Source of the DNA: a virus
Lineage: Duplodnaviria; Caudoviricetes
IMG/VR virus record: IMGVR_UViG_3300044453_000024
Span: 1 to 28,712 of that record
Strand: one strand, 5' to 3'
DNA length: 28,712 bases
Under the pieces are notes generated by a model. That model was not told where the DNA came from, made no database searches, and was given only the letters and a program-made list of their open reading frames with translations. This document shows, piece by piece, positions 18,630-26,073 of this stretch (positions are counted from its first letter, which is position 1; every line of letters begins with the position of its first letter). The position numbers and the translations under genes were made by a program.

Positions 18630-18769
18630 TTGGCTTCTCCTTGTTTTGGAGTGAGTCGAAAGGAAAGGGTGGGGCTAGGCCCCGACGAGTCCTGACAACG
18701 CTCCATCGCCTGGAGCAGCGGGTTATCGGCCTAGGCCGGCCCGGACAGACATCGATTCACGATGTCAGG
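18630..18769 (-). promoter_or_regulatory. Structured leader of the capsid gene (four tandem hairpins, then RBS)
   Basis: Inverted repeats at 18671-18683, 18700-18716, 18719-18743 and 18748-18766, followed by an unstructured pyrimidine/A-rich stretch and AAGGAG. Confidence 0.55.
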
Positions 18770-19205
18770 TGGTGGTGTTGGTGCTCGTAGGCTCACCGCG
18801 CATCTTGCGGCGCCCATCGCGCATCTTGTTCGTTGTGTAGGCGCCGCCGGCAATCGATGCGCCGATGGCAGCCAGGAGGTCGAGCATGTGACCTCCCCCG
18901 AGGAGGCCTCCTGCCGCAGCGGTAGCCGTGGTCTTGACCCGCTCAATCTCGGCCTCAACGTGCTCGGTCAGGCCCACCCAGGCCTCCTGCACGGACTGAT
19001 CCCGCTCCTCGCGCAGATCATCCATCTCGTCCTCGAGCTCGTCCTTGGTGATCACGCCGGCCTGGTACTCCGTGTAGGCCTCTGTCGCGGCCTCCCGGTG
19101 CTCCTCGAGGGCCCCGAGGATGTGCTCCTCGGTCTGCGCCAGTTGGGTGCCGATGCAGGAGGGAAGAAGCAGAAGGCAGAGGGGGGCGAGTAGGCGCATG
19201 CTCAC
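18765..19205 (-). CDS. Predicted lipoprotein with coiled-coil body and C-terminal membrane segment
   Basis: MRLLAPLCLLLLPS-C signal and lipobox-like motif; acidic helical middle; LLAAIGASIAGGAY hydrophobic stretch followed by basic KMRDGRRKMR. Start is either GTG 19205 or ATG 19199. Confidence 0.75.
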   Translation of the reverse strand: MSMRLLAPLCLLLLPSCIGTQLAQTEEHILGALEEHREAATEAYTEYQAGVITKDELEDEMDDLREERDQSVQEAWVGLTEHVEAEIERVKTTATAAAGGLLGGGHMLDLLAAIGASIAGGAYTTNKMRDGRRKMRGEPTSTNTTT

Positions 19206-20008
19206 ATGATGTTGCTGCGCTCAAGCCGCTGGGCGACCTGAGCTCGGAAGGCGGGATCGGTCTTGTATTCGGGGCGGCGCATGTCCGCGGTGAGCTGCGC
19301 CACGCTCTCGTAGACGCCGCCGGTCTTCCCAGCGGGCTCCGTAGCCAGGAGCTTGGGCTCAACGTCCTGCCCTCCGCTCTGCTGGTACATGGCCATCAGG
19401 CCACGGACGGCCATGGAGGCGGTCGCGAGGTCACCGTTCTCGACCTGAGCGTTGTAGCTCTCGATCTCCTCGGCGCTCATGTTCTGTGCAGCCCACGCCA
19501 GAGCTTGGGCGTAGTTCTCCTCGCCGCCGGCCTGCTCGTAGATCTTCCCGAGCTCGGCGCTCTGGACGGCCTTCTGGCCCTGCATGAAGGCCTCGACCAA
19601 GTCCCGCCCGAGCCCCATGGCCTCGAGCTTCGCGAAGGACTCATCGGTGAGCTCTCCGGTGGAGTAGTACTCCTCCGAGAACGGCTGCAGGGCCTCCGTG
19701 GTGACCCCTGCGCCCTCGAGGACCTCTTCAGCCTCCGGGGCCTCCTCGGCCTCCTGGGTGCCCATGCGGGCCTGGAGCTCGGCGTAGGCTTTGGCCATCG
19801 CCTCAGGGCTTTCGAACTTCGGGTCCAGCCACTCCGGGCGCTCGGGGGCAGCGGCCTCCTCAGTAGCCTCCGGCGCCGGCACATCGGCAGCCTGGGGGTC
19901 GGTGCTGATCGAGACCCCGTTGGGGGCTTCGGCGGTCACATTGACCTGGGGGGCCTCGGGGGCCGGTGCGCCTTCCGAAGAGACGCTGACGCTGGTGGTG
20001 TCACCCAT
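19202..20008 (-). CDS. Capsid assembly scaffolding protein (gp9-like)
   Basis: RPEWLDPKFESPEAMAKAYAEL, GGEENY..AL.WA, C-terminal M..PEYKTDPAFRAQVAQRLERS; acidic. Confidence 0.95.
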   Translation of the reverse strand: MGDTTSVSVSSEGAPAPEAPQVNVTAEAPNGVSISTDPQAADVPAPEATEEAAAPERPEWLDPKFESPEAMAKAYAELQARMGTQEAEEAPEAEEVLEGAGVTTEALQPFSEEYYSTGELTDESFAKLEAMGLGRDLVEAFMQGQKAVQSAELGKIYEQAGGEENYAQALAWAAQNMSAEEIESYNAQVENGDLATASMAVRGLMAMYQQSGGQDVEPKLLATEPAGKTGGVYESVAQLTADMRRPEYKTDPAFRAQVAQRLERSNIM

Positions 20009-20010
20009 TG

Positions 20011-21546
20011 CTACTGCTCCTGTGCTTGTTGTTGTGATGCTTCGCCGGCCATCTTCATGACATCAGGGCCGAACTGCTGGAGCATCTGCGCTTGCATCGC
20101 CTGCTGGCGCTCTTCAGCGATCTGCTCCTCGCTCTTGATCAGACCATCGGTCACCAGGCCCAGCGCCGTAGCGCGGCGGCTCAGGTAGTCACCGATGTTC
20201 ATGTACTGGTTCAGCATCTCCGGGCCCACCTGCTGCAGAGCTCCGGTGATGAAGCTGTCGAGGCGCATGAGGTCCGCGCCACGCCCGAGTGCCTCGAGGC
20301 CGGTGACGATGCTGGGATGGACGATGTCCTTGGGCAGCTTCGGCAGCCGCCGCTCCTTGGTCATCCTCGAGATGATCAGGGACACCAGGGGGAGCTGGAA
20401 CGAGGCGCTCAGGCTCGCGTAGGAGCCACTGAGCACGCTCTCGAGCTCCTCGGCCAGGATGCGCCACTCGGTCGCCGTGACCCGCTCGCCCTTCCGCTGG
20501 AGCTGGGTGTTCATCAGGAACGCCAGGCCAATGCGCTCGCGGATCTGGCCGGCGGTCTCGAAGGTGATCCGCATGTCGGCAGCCTTGCTGCCCATGGTGA
20601 CCATCGAGACATCCTGGTCTCGGCCCTCACGGATGGCACCGTTAGGGCTGTCGGCCAGCGTCCGAGCTCGAGTCGGGGAGCCGGGGTCGACCAGCCAGAG
20701 GCACTTCGAGGCCATCGCAGAGGCCTCCACCAGTGCCTGGGACAGGCCCTCGAGGGACTTCAGGTCCCCGAGGTAGAGAGTGGCGTACCCGTAGGCGTAG
20801 GACTCGCCGGAGACATCCTCGAGGCGCAAGGCCAGGTAGGGCAGAGTGTCCTCGGCGTACTCGCCACGGGAGCTCTCGACCACCTTCCCGAGCACCTCCT
20901 GGTGCACGCTGAACTTCTTGTCGTTCAGGCGGTGGACGCAGGTGTACACATCCACGCTCTCCTCGGGGGAGCGGGTCTGGGGGATCGCCTCCTGGAGCTC
21001 CTCAGGCAGAGAAGCAGGCGCGATTTGCTCCTTGATCAAGATGTGCTGGAGGGAACCCATCGGGTCCCGCTTGACCACATAGCGGTCCAGCTTGAACACC
21101 TGCATGCCCCCGCCCTTGGGCATGTGGATCAGGGCATTGCCCGCAATGACGAGCTGCTTGATCGCCTCATGCAGCGCCGGCCGATAGCCCTGGGACTCGA
21201 TCTCGGCCATGACCGCCTGCTCAATCTTGTTGAGCGTGGTCTCGACCTCAGTGCGTACCGCAGGATCTCCAGTGACCTCGTCCAGCTTGTACGGGTCGAC
21301 CGTCAGCTTGAAGAAGGGCGTGTTGGGGGGATACAGGGCCATCAGGAGCTTAGAGCTCAGAGAGGCCACCGCCTGGGCACCCACCGACTGGTAGGGGGTG
21401 GGGAGCTTGCTAGTGGAGCTGTGACTATCATCCACCAGCAGGTGGGGCATGGTCAGCTTGGCGACATCTCGAGCCCTGTCGAGGTAGCCTTCCCGGTCGA
21501 CGGCATACCGTTCATACCGGCTTGCGGCCGTGCCCTGCTCCATCAT
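20011..21546 (-). CDS. Portal / head-to-tail connector (gp8-like)
   Basis: PYQSVGA..V.SLSSKLLMALYPPNTPFFKL, YVVKRDPMG, ERVTATE, IVTGLEALGRG motifs; 511 aa. Confidence 0.97.
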   Translation of the reverse strand: MMEQGTAASRYERYAVDREGYLDRARDVAKLTMPHLLVDDSHSSTSKLPTPYQSVGAQAVASLSSKLLMALYPPNTPFFKLTVDPYKLDEVTGDPAVRTEVETTLNKIEQAVMAEIESQGYRPALHEAIKQLVIAGNALIHMPKGGGMQVFKLDRYVVKRDPMGSLQHILIKEQIAPASLPEELQEAIPQTRSPEESVDVYTCVHRLNDKKFSVHQEVLGKVVESSRGEYAEDTLPYLALRLEDVSGESYAYGYATLYLGDLKSLEGLSQALVEASAMASKCLWLVDPGSPTRARTLADSPNGAIREGRDQDVSMVTMGSKAADMRITFETAGQIRERIGLAFLMNTQLQRKGERVTATEWRILAEELESVLSGSYASLSASFQLPLVSLIISRMTKERRLPKLPKDIVHPSIVTGLEALGRGADLMRLDSFITGALQQVGPEMLNQYMNIGDYLSRRATALGLVTDGLIKSEEQIAEERQQAMQAQMLQQFGPDVMKMAGEASQQQAQEQ

Positions 21547-21548
21547 GG

Positions 21549-21728
21549 TCAGTACTTCAGCGGGATACGCAGTCGGGACAGCATCGACTCCGCGCTGCCG
21601 CCGAAGCTGGGCATGCGTGCCTGCAGGGCGTCAGAAGGCTTGAGTTGCTTGGCCGTAGGCTGGGGCGCAGGCGGCGCCGGAGCCGGCGGCGGGGGCGTCT
21701 CAGGCATCTTGACGCTGGGCATGCACAT
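21549..21728 (-). CDS. Small Pro-rich virion protein (gp6.7/7.3-like)
   Basis: Not in the ORF track (59 aa). Translates as MCMPSVKMPETPPPPAPAPPAPQPTAKQLKPSDALQARMPSFGGSAESMLSRLRIPLKY; MC start, Pro tract and terminal LRIPL directly before the portal gene. Confidence 0.8.
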   Translation of the reverse strand: MCMPSVKMPETPPPPAPAPPAPQPTAKQLKPSDALQARMPSFGGSAESMLSRLRIPLKY

Positions 21729-21782
21729 GGGTGTTCCTGGGGTTAGGGGCCCCGCCGAGGTGCGTCCCGGCGAGGCAGAGGT

Positions 21783-22013
21783 TCAGATCTGAGCTTCTCG
21801 AGTCTGCTGGTCGAGCTCGGCGCGAAGAAGGTCCACCACAGCTCGTTGACCAGCACGGAACCAGATCTCCCTGTCGGCCATATCTAGTCGCGGCCACTCA
21901 TCAGGGAAGAGGTTGTCGAGGTGATCGACCAGATTTTTGGCGATGACCGGGAAACCCGACTCCGTAGGGGAAGCCTTCGCGACTTCACGGGCCCTAATCT
22001 TCTGCTCTTCCAT
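21783..22013 (-). CDS. gp6.5-like small protein
   Basis: FPVI...LVDHLDNLFPD..P......EIWFRAGQRAVVDLL pattern, which I recall just upstream of structural genes in T7-like phages. Confidence 0.75.
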   Translation of the reverse strand: MEEQKIRAREVAKASPTESGFPVIAKNLVDHLDNLFPDEWPRLDMADREIWFRAGQRAVVDLLRAELDQQTREAQI

Positions 22014-22347
22014 CCTTCGCCTTCTTCTGCATGTAGCCCGCGAGCAGCACCGAGTAGTTGATCATGTCGACCAAAGCGTCCATGGCCCCCTCGTTCTCGC
22101 ACGCAAGCTTGCCGTCCTGGACGTAGGTGATCATCCGGTTGAGCTTGTCCGCCATACGGATCAGCAGCCCCGTCTCTGTACTCGCGATCCCCAGGCGCTC
22201 AGTGCACTCGAAGTTCCTCCAGGGACTCGAGCCATCAGCCCCGGCGTAGTCGTGATTCTTGTCCCGACACACCATGTAGGCCTTGTGGCAGAACCCAAGG
22301 TGGAACTGGAGCAGGCGCTCGACCTCCGTGGTCGCCTGGTTGGGCAT
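21994..22347 (-). CDS. Nucleotide modification-associated domain 1 (Nmad1/DUF1599)-like all-alpha protein
   Basis: KNHDYA...NF...G...GLLIRMADKLNR...DALVDMINYS matches the KNxDY / RxxDKxxR / DxxxDxxNY pattern. ATG 22345-22347 lies just after the exonuclease stop. Confidence 0.7.
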   Translation of the reverse strand: MPNQATTEVERLLQFHLGFCHKAYMVCRDKNHDYAGADGSSPWRNFECTERLGIASTETGLLIRMADKLNRMITYVQDGKLACENEGAMDALVDMINYSVLLAGYMQKKAKDGRAED

Positions 22348-22349
22348 GG

Positions 22350-23123
22350 TCACTTGTGCTTCTTCGGGTCCCAAAGGGTCACCTCGTTGGTCTGTAGATC
22401 GAACAGGGTTGGGGTCAGGATCTTCACCAGCCGCGCCTGAAGCACAGCCTCGTCCTCGTTCAGTCCCTTGGCCTCGAAGGCCTGGACCACTTCCTCCCAC
22501 AGGCCCTCCTGCAGGACTTTCTCGGCACCCTTCGGGCCGCAGCCCGACAGCCCGGGAATGCCGTCAGTCGAGTCGCCCGTCAGGGTCATCTCGAGGTGCC
22601 GGCGGCGGGCGTCGGCGTAGGTAATCTTCTGCACCCCGAGCTCGGGCTTACCCGGCTTGTAGAGACGGCAGGGGATGGTCTCGAGGTCCTTGTCGTCCGA
22701 CACCACGATCTTGGGAGCCGGGACAGACCTCGAGGTCGCCAGGACCCCCAGGACATCGTCGGCCTCCAACGCGGGGAACTCGACGTTCTCCCACTTGGTC
22801 TTGGCCCAGGCCCGCAGGGGACCGAAGACCACGGGCTTCCGCCCCTTCTTCCTCGAGGCCTTGTATCGCGGGTAGATCTTGTGCCGAAACGTCTTCCTGC
22901 TCGAGAGCGCCAGGATCGTCCGAGCTCCACCCAGCGTCTCCTCGAGGCCGCAGATCTCACGCTCGAGAGAATCCTTCGCCTCCTTCAGGTCCGCGTGGAG
23001 GGACCAGATCTCCTGCTCCTCGTCCCAGCAGATCTCTCGCTCACACAGAACGCTCGCCCTGTGGATCAAAATGTCCGCATCGATCAGGAGGGTGTATCTC
23101 TTCTTTCGTCGCCTAGTCGCCAT
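22350..23123 (-). CDS. 5'-3' exonuclease (T7 gp6-like)
   Basis: LLIDADIL, FRHKIYPRYKASR, LEADDVLG, SDDKDL, LTGDSTDGIPGLSGCGPK motifs. Likely start is the ATG at 23121-23123 (MATRRRKKR). Confidence 0.95.
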   Translation of the reverse strand: MATRRRKKRYTLLIDADILIHRASVLCEREICWDEEQEIWSLHADLKEAKDSLEREICGLEETLGGARTILALSSRKTFRHKIYPRYKASRKKGRKPVVFGPLRAWAKTKWENVEFPALEADDVLGVLATSRSVPAPKIVVSDDKDLETIPCRLYKPGKPELGVQKITYADARRRHLEMTLTGDSTDGIPGLSGCGPKGAEKVLQEGLWEEVVQAFEAKGLNEDEAVLQARLVKILTPTLFDLQTNEVTLWDPKKHK

Positions 23124-23496
23124 ACTCGAATGTCTTGGTGCGGTTGAGCTGCGTGACCATCCCGTCCCGGGTGCTCCCAGGTGGGGTCTTTCGGATCTCG
23201 AGGCAGAGCAGCGCCTGCACTCGCTTCTCTCGGAGGTGCGGGTGCAATGCCTCCAGCGCCTCCACTGCGTTCTCGCCGTAAGCCCTCCAGCGAAACGCCG
23301 GCTTGCGGTTGTCGGAACCACGCCACCCTTTCACTGAGCCCCCGAAGCACTCGCGGAAGACATGAAGGGTGTAGGGGTAGATGCTGGTCACAGAGATGGA
23401 GGGGCTGTTCTCGAAACGAATGCAGCCCTCTCCATCGAAGTACCCGGCCAGGTAGGCCAAGACCCCCTCAGTGAGTCTCGGACCAGTTGTCGCCAA
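23113..23496 (-). CDS. Free-standing single-motif LAGLIDADG homing endonuclease-like protein
   Basis: LAYLAGYFDGEGCI motif, FGG, FRW, L.ALHPHLREKR.QA. TTG start with GGAGG upstream; overlaps the polymerase end and the exonuclease start. Confidence 0.82.
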   Translation of the reverse strand: MATTGPRLTEGVLAYLAGYFDGEGCIRFENSPSISVTSIYPYTLHVFRECFGGSVKGWRGSDNRKPAFRWRAYGENAVEALEALHPHLREKRVQALLCLEIRKTPPGSTRDGMVTQLNRTKTFEYGD

Positions 23497-25204
23497 TAGA
23501 AGTGTCCCCTCCCAAGCGGACGTTCAAGTCGTAGTACTTGCCGGCAGCTTCGATGGACGGCACAGCCAAGCTGGCCACCAGCTCCGCGTGCTCCTTCAGG
23601 ACCTCGATCTGCCACTCATCGTGGAAGTGCCCGAGGAACGCATAGTCGAGCTGATCCGTAAGGCCGTGGCTCTCGAGCGCGTCCCGATGAGCCATGGCCG
23701 CATACTTGGCAACAGTCACCGTGGCGTTCTGGATCCACAGGTTGAGGACGCTGTGCTGCGAGCGCGGGTACAGCGTGCGCCCGTCTAGGCCGATCAGGAA
23801 CTTGTTGTCCTTCGCCCTCTGCTGCATGGTCTCCACCAGCTTTTGGAAGGCCGGGTGGGTCTTGTAGAACTTGAAGCGGATCTCGGCCCCGTCGCGACGG
23901 TCGCCGCCAACAGCCTCCCCAAGCATCTGGTCGCCCGCCCCGTAGATCAGAGCGAACTGGACCACCTTGGCCTGACTGCGGCTGATCTTGAGTCTGTCGG
24001 CGTTCTCCTGGTGGGGGTCGCCCTCCTCGCAGACCTTGGCGAACTTACCGTTGTCCCAGTACGCCATCGCATGGGCCAGGAGTCGGAGCTCGGCGCCTGC
24101 GAGGTCAGTGCCCACCAGCTTGTATCCCGGGGGGACGCAAAAGAGCGAGCGCATCTCTTTGCCGAAGGCGCTGTTCAGGTTCGGACACTGAGACAGGTTC
24201 GGAGAGTGATGTGTCATCCGGTGCGACACCGTCGACCCACAGGTGATGAACTTCCCATGGATGCGGTCGTCGTCCTCGACCAACCCCAGCCAGGAGTTCT
24301 TGCCCTCGGCTAGTTGCCCCAGACGCTTCTGCACCAGGAGGAACCTCTTGAGCGTCTCAGCCTCCGGGTACTCTCCTTCCATCTCCTCGAGGATCGTCTC
24401 CGAGATCTTGGGGCGGCCCTCAGGGGTGAAGTCCGAGGGCTCCCACCCCTTCTCCTTGAACCGCTCTGCGATCTGCACCCGAGACCCCGGGTTGAACGGC
24501 ACCAACTTCACCTTGGTCTTGAGCTGCACTTCCTTCGGAGGGAACAGCTCCTGCAGTTGCGCTTCAAGCTGGTCCTTCTCGGCCACCAGGCGAACGTAGA
24601 GTTTGTCGGCCTTCGGGCGGTCGAAGTACCAGCCACGCTGGGTGGCGGCGTCCATAAGCGCATGGATGTCATGCTCGAGGTAATTGGCCTTCGCCGGGAG
24701 CTCCGCCTTCTCGATCTCGGTGTACAGCCGCACCAACACTTCGACATCGCGCAGGCAGTACTTCTCCATCTCCGGGGACCACTTGGCCCACGGGTCCTCC
24801 ATGCCCTCGCCGTAGTCGTACTTGGGGAACCCCAAGCGCAGGCCCCATGCCTTGAGGCTCTGGCTTCCGCAGAGCTCACGGGGAAAGTCCCTGGCCGCGT
24901 AGTCGCGGTTGGAAATGTGGGGCCAAGCGAGCCGAGCGAGCACCAGGGTGTCCTGGATCATCTCGGGCTGAATCGTGAACTCCGGGTACAGCTTCCACAG
25001 GGCCGGGAGGTCATAGCTGATGATGTTGTGGCCGATCAGCAGCTTGCCGCGCTCGAGGTGGCGCAAGCCCTTCCTGAGGTTCCCCACCTCATGGTTGTAG
25101 GAGTAGTGCTCCCCCGTGCCGTCGATGATCGTGAGCTGGTGGATAACGGTCGGCTCGAGCCCGTCGGTCTCAAGATCGAATAAGAGGATCTGCTTAGGGT
25201 CCAT
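23468..25204 (-). CDS. DNA polymerase, family A (T7 gp5-like) with 3'-5' exonuclease domain
   Basis: ExoI FDLETDG, ExoII GHNIISYD, ExoIII YCLRDV; motif A DLAGAELR, motif B RSQAKVVQFALIYG, motif C HDEWQ; ends GDNWSETH. Start placed at ATG 25202-25204. Confidence 0.96.
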   Translation of the reverse strand: MDPKQILLFDLETDGLEPTVIHQLTIIDGTGEHYSYNHEVGNLRKGLRHLERGKLLIGHNIISYDLPALWKLYPEFTIQPEMIQDTLVLARLAWPHISNRDYAARDFPRELCGSQSLKAWGLRLGFPKYDYGEGMEDPWAKWSPEMEKYCLRDVEVLVRLYTEIEKAELPAKANYLEHDIHALMDAATQRGWYFDRPKADKLYVRLVAEKDQLEAQLQELFPPKEVQLKTKVKLVPFNPGSRVQIAERFKEKGWEPSDFTPEGRPKISETILEEMEGEYPEAETLKRFLLVQKRLGQLAEGKNSWLGLVEDDDRIHGKFITCGSTVSHRMTHHSPNLSQCPNLNSAFGKEMRSLFCVPPGYKLVGTDLAGAELRLLAHAMAYWDNGKFAKVCEEGDPHQENADRLKISRSQAKVVQFALIYGAGDQMLGEAVGGDRRDGAEIRFKFYKTHPAFQKLVETMQQRAKDNKFLIGLDGRTLYPRSQHSVLNLWIQNATVTVAKYAAMAHRDALESHGLTDQLDYAFLGHFHDEWQIEVLKEHAELVASLAVPSIEAAGKYYDLNVRLGGDTSIGDNWSETH

Positions 25205-25224
25205 GTGATGCTTTTTGGGGTGCC

Positions 25225-26073
25225 TTAATCGGTACACATACAAGGGATCGTGTCATCGTCCAGGCCGTCGAAGAGGCGCCCTTGCTGCTGGCTCATCTTC
25301 AGCAAGCTCGCATATGACGGTCGATCTGTTCTGAATCGGGCACCGGTCTTGGCTGTATTCGAGGCCATCTTCTCTGCCTCGACCCACCACTCGAAATGCT
25401 CTGGCATTTCCTCCATCAGGATCTCCAACTTGCTCCCGCCCTTTAGGAAACAGCCCACGCAGTTGCCCGCCATATTCCCCGTTAGCGGCAGTTGGAGGTC
25501 AAACGGCTGCGCCTTCCAAAACGCCAGCACATCCTCTTCGGTGTGCTTCGCGTGATACATCGGCGCATACGATTCCTCCTTCGCGCAGTCGCCCTTCAGG
25601 CGCGTAGCTCGTCGTGGCTCGTCGTAGCGCAGCCCGACCGCATTCACCCAACCATCCTGGAAGGCCGGGAGGGTATCGAGGTATCGCTTGAGGGTGCGGA
25701 TCTTGAGCTGCACTGTGCATGTGCGAGCGACCGGGTTCGGCAAGTACTGTTTCTTCTCGATCAGCTTTGTGAATGGCAACCCGTCCCTCGCGGCTGTCTC
25801 GTAATCGACTACCTTGAAGGTCGGCTGCATCTCGTTGTCGAGGGTGTATTCCAGCCATGTGATGGGCACACCCCACTGCTCCTCCACTTCCTTGACGAAG
25901 TCCAGAGTGGCCGGATGTTCCAGGCCCGTGTTTTGGAAGCACACCTCCAGGCCTTCGACCTTCCCGCCGTGAGCGTCCAGGATCTGCCGCAACATGAACG
26001 CACTGGTCCGGCCGCCCGAGAACGAAACAACCGCCGGAAGATCCAGTAAGTAGGGATTAGAACGGGACGGCAT
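25225..26073 (-). CDS. PAPS reductase / adenine nucleotide alpha-hydrolase (PP-loop) family protein with Cys cluster
   Basis: VVSFSGGRTS PP-loop, FQNTGLEH, CTxxLKI, GLRYDEPRR, NCVGCFLK, terminal CMC. ATG 26071-26073 with GGAGGAG RBS, overlapping the helicase end. Confidence 0.85.
   Translation of the reverse strand: MPSRSNPYLLDLPAVVSFSGGRTSAFMLRQILDAHGGKVEGLEVCFQNTGLEHPATLDFVKEVEEQWGVPITWLEYTLDNEMQPTFKVVDYETAARDGLPFTKLIEKKQYLPNPVARTCTVQLKIRTLKRYLDTLPAFQDGWVNAVGLRYDEPRRATRLKGDCAKEESYAPMYHAKHTEEDVLAFWKAQPFDLQLPLTGNMAGNCVGCFLKGGSKLEILMEEMPEHFEWWVEAEKMASNTAKTGARFRTDRPSYASLLKMSQQQGRLFDGLDDDTIPCMCTD

Noticed and set aside
18650-18658. CGACTCACT on the minus strand before the capsid RBS, matching the T7 promoter core
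   Set aside because: It is only a 9-bp match without the TAATA and ATAG flanks, and I found no repeated copies in other intergenic gaps, so a phage RNAP promoter is not supported.
5993-21792. Long plus-strand ORFs (for example 5993..7666, 11836..13410, 17541..18695, 20092..21792)
   Set aside because: They are antisense shadows of well-supported minus-strand genes, expected from GC-rich codon bias, and carry no recognisable motifs.
23113-23496. LAGLIDADG ORF as part of an intein or group I intron in the polymerase
   Set aside because: The polymerase ends intact (GDNWSETH-stop) in another frame, there are no intein terminal residues, and there is no non-coding flank for an intron core.
25225-26073. 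Calling the gene cysH (sulfur auxiliary metabolic gene) or dndC
   Set aside because: Only the shared fold motifs are visible. The CysH C-terminal ECGLH motif is absent and no cys or dnd partners are present.
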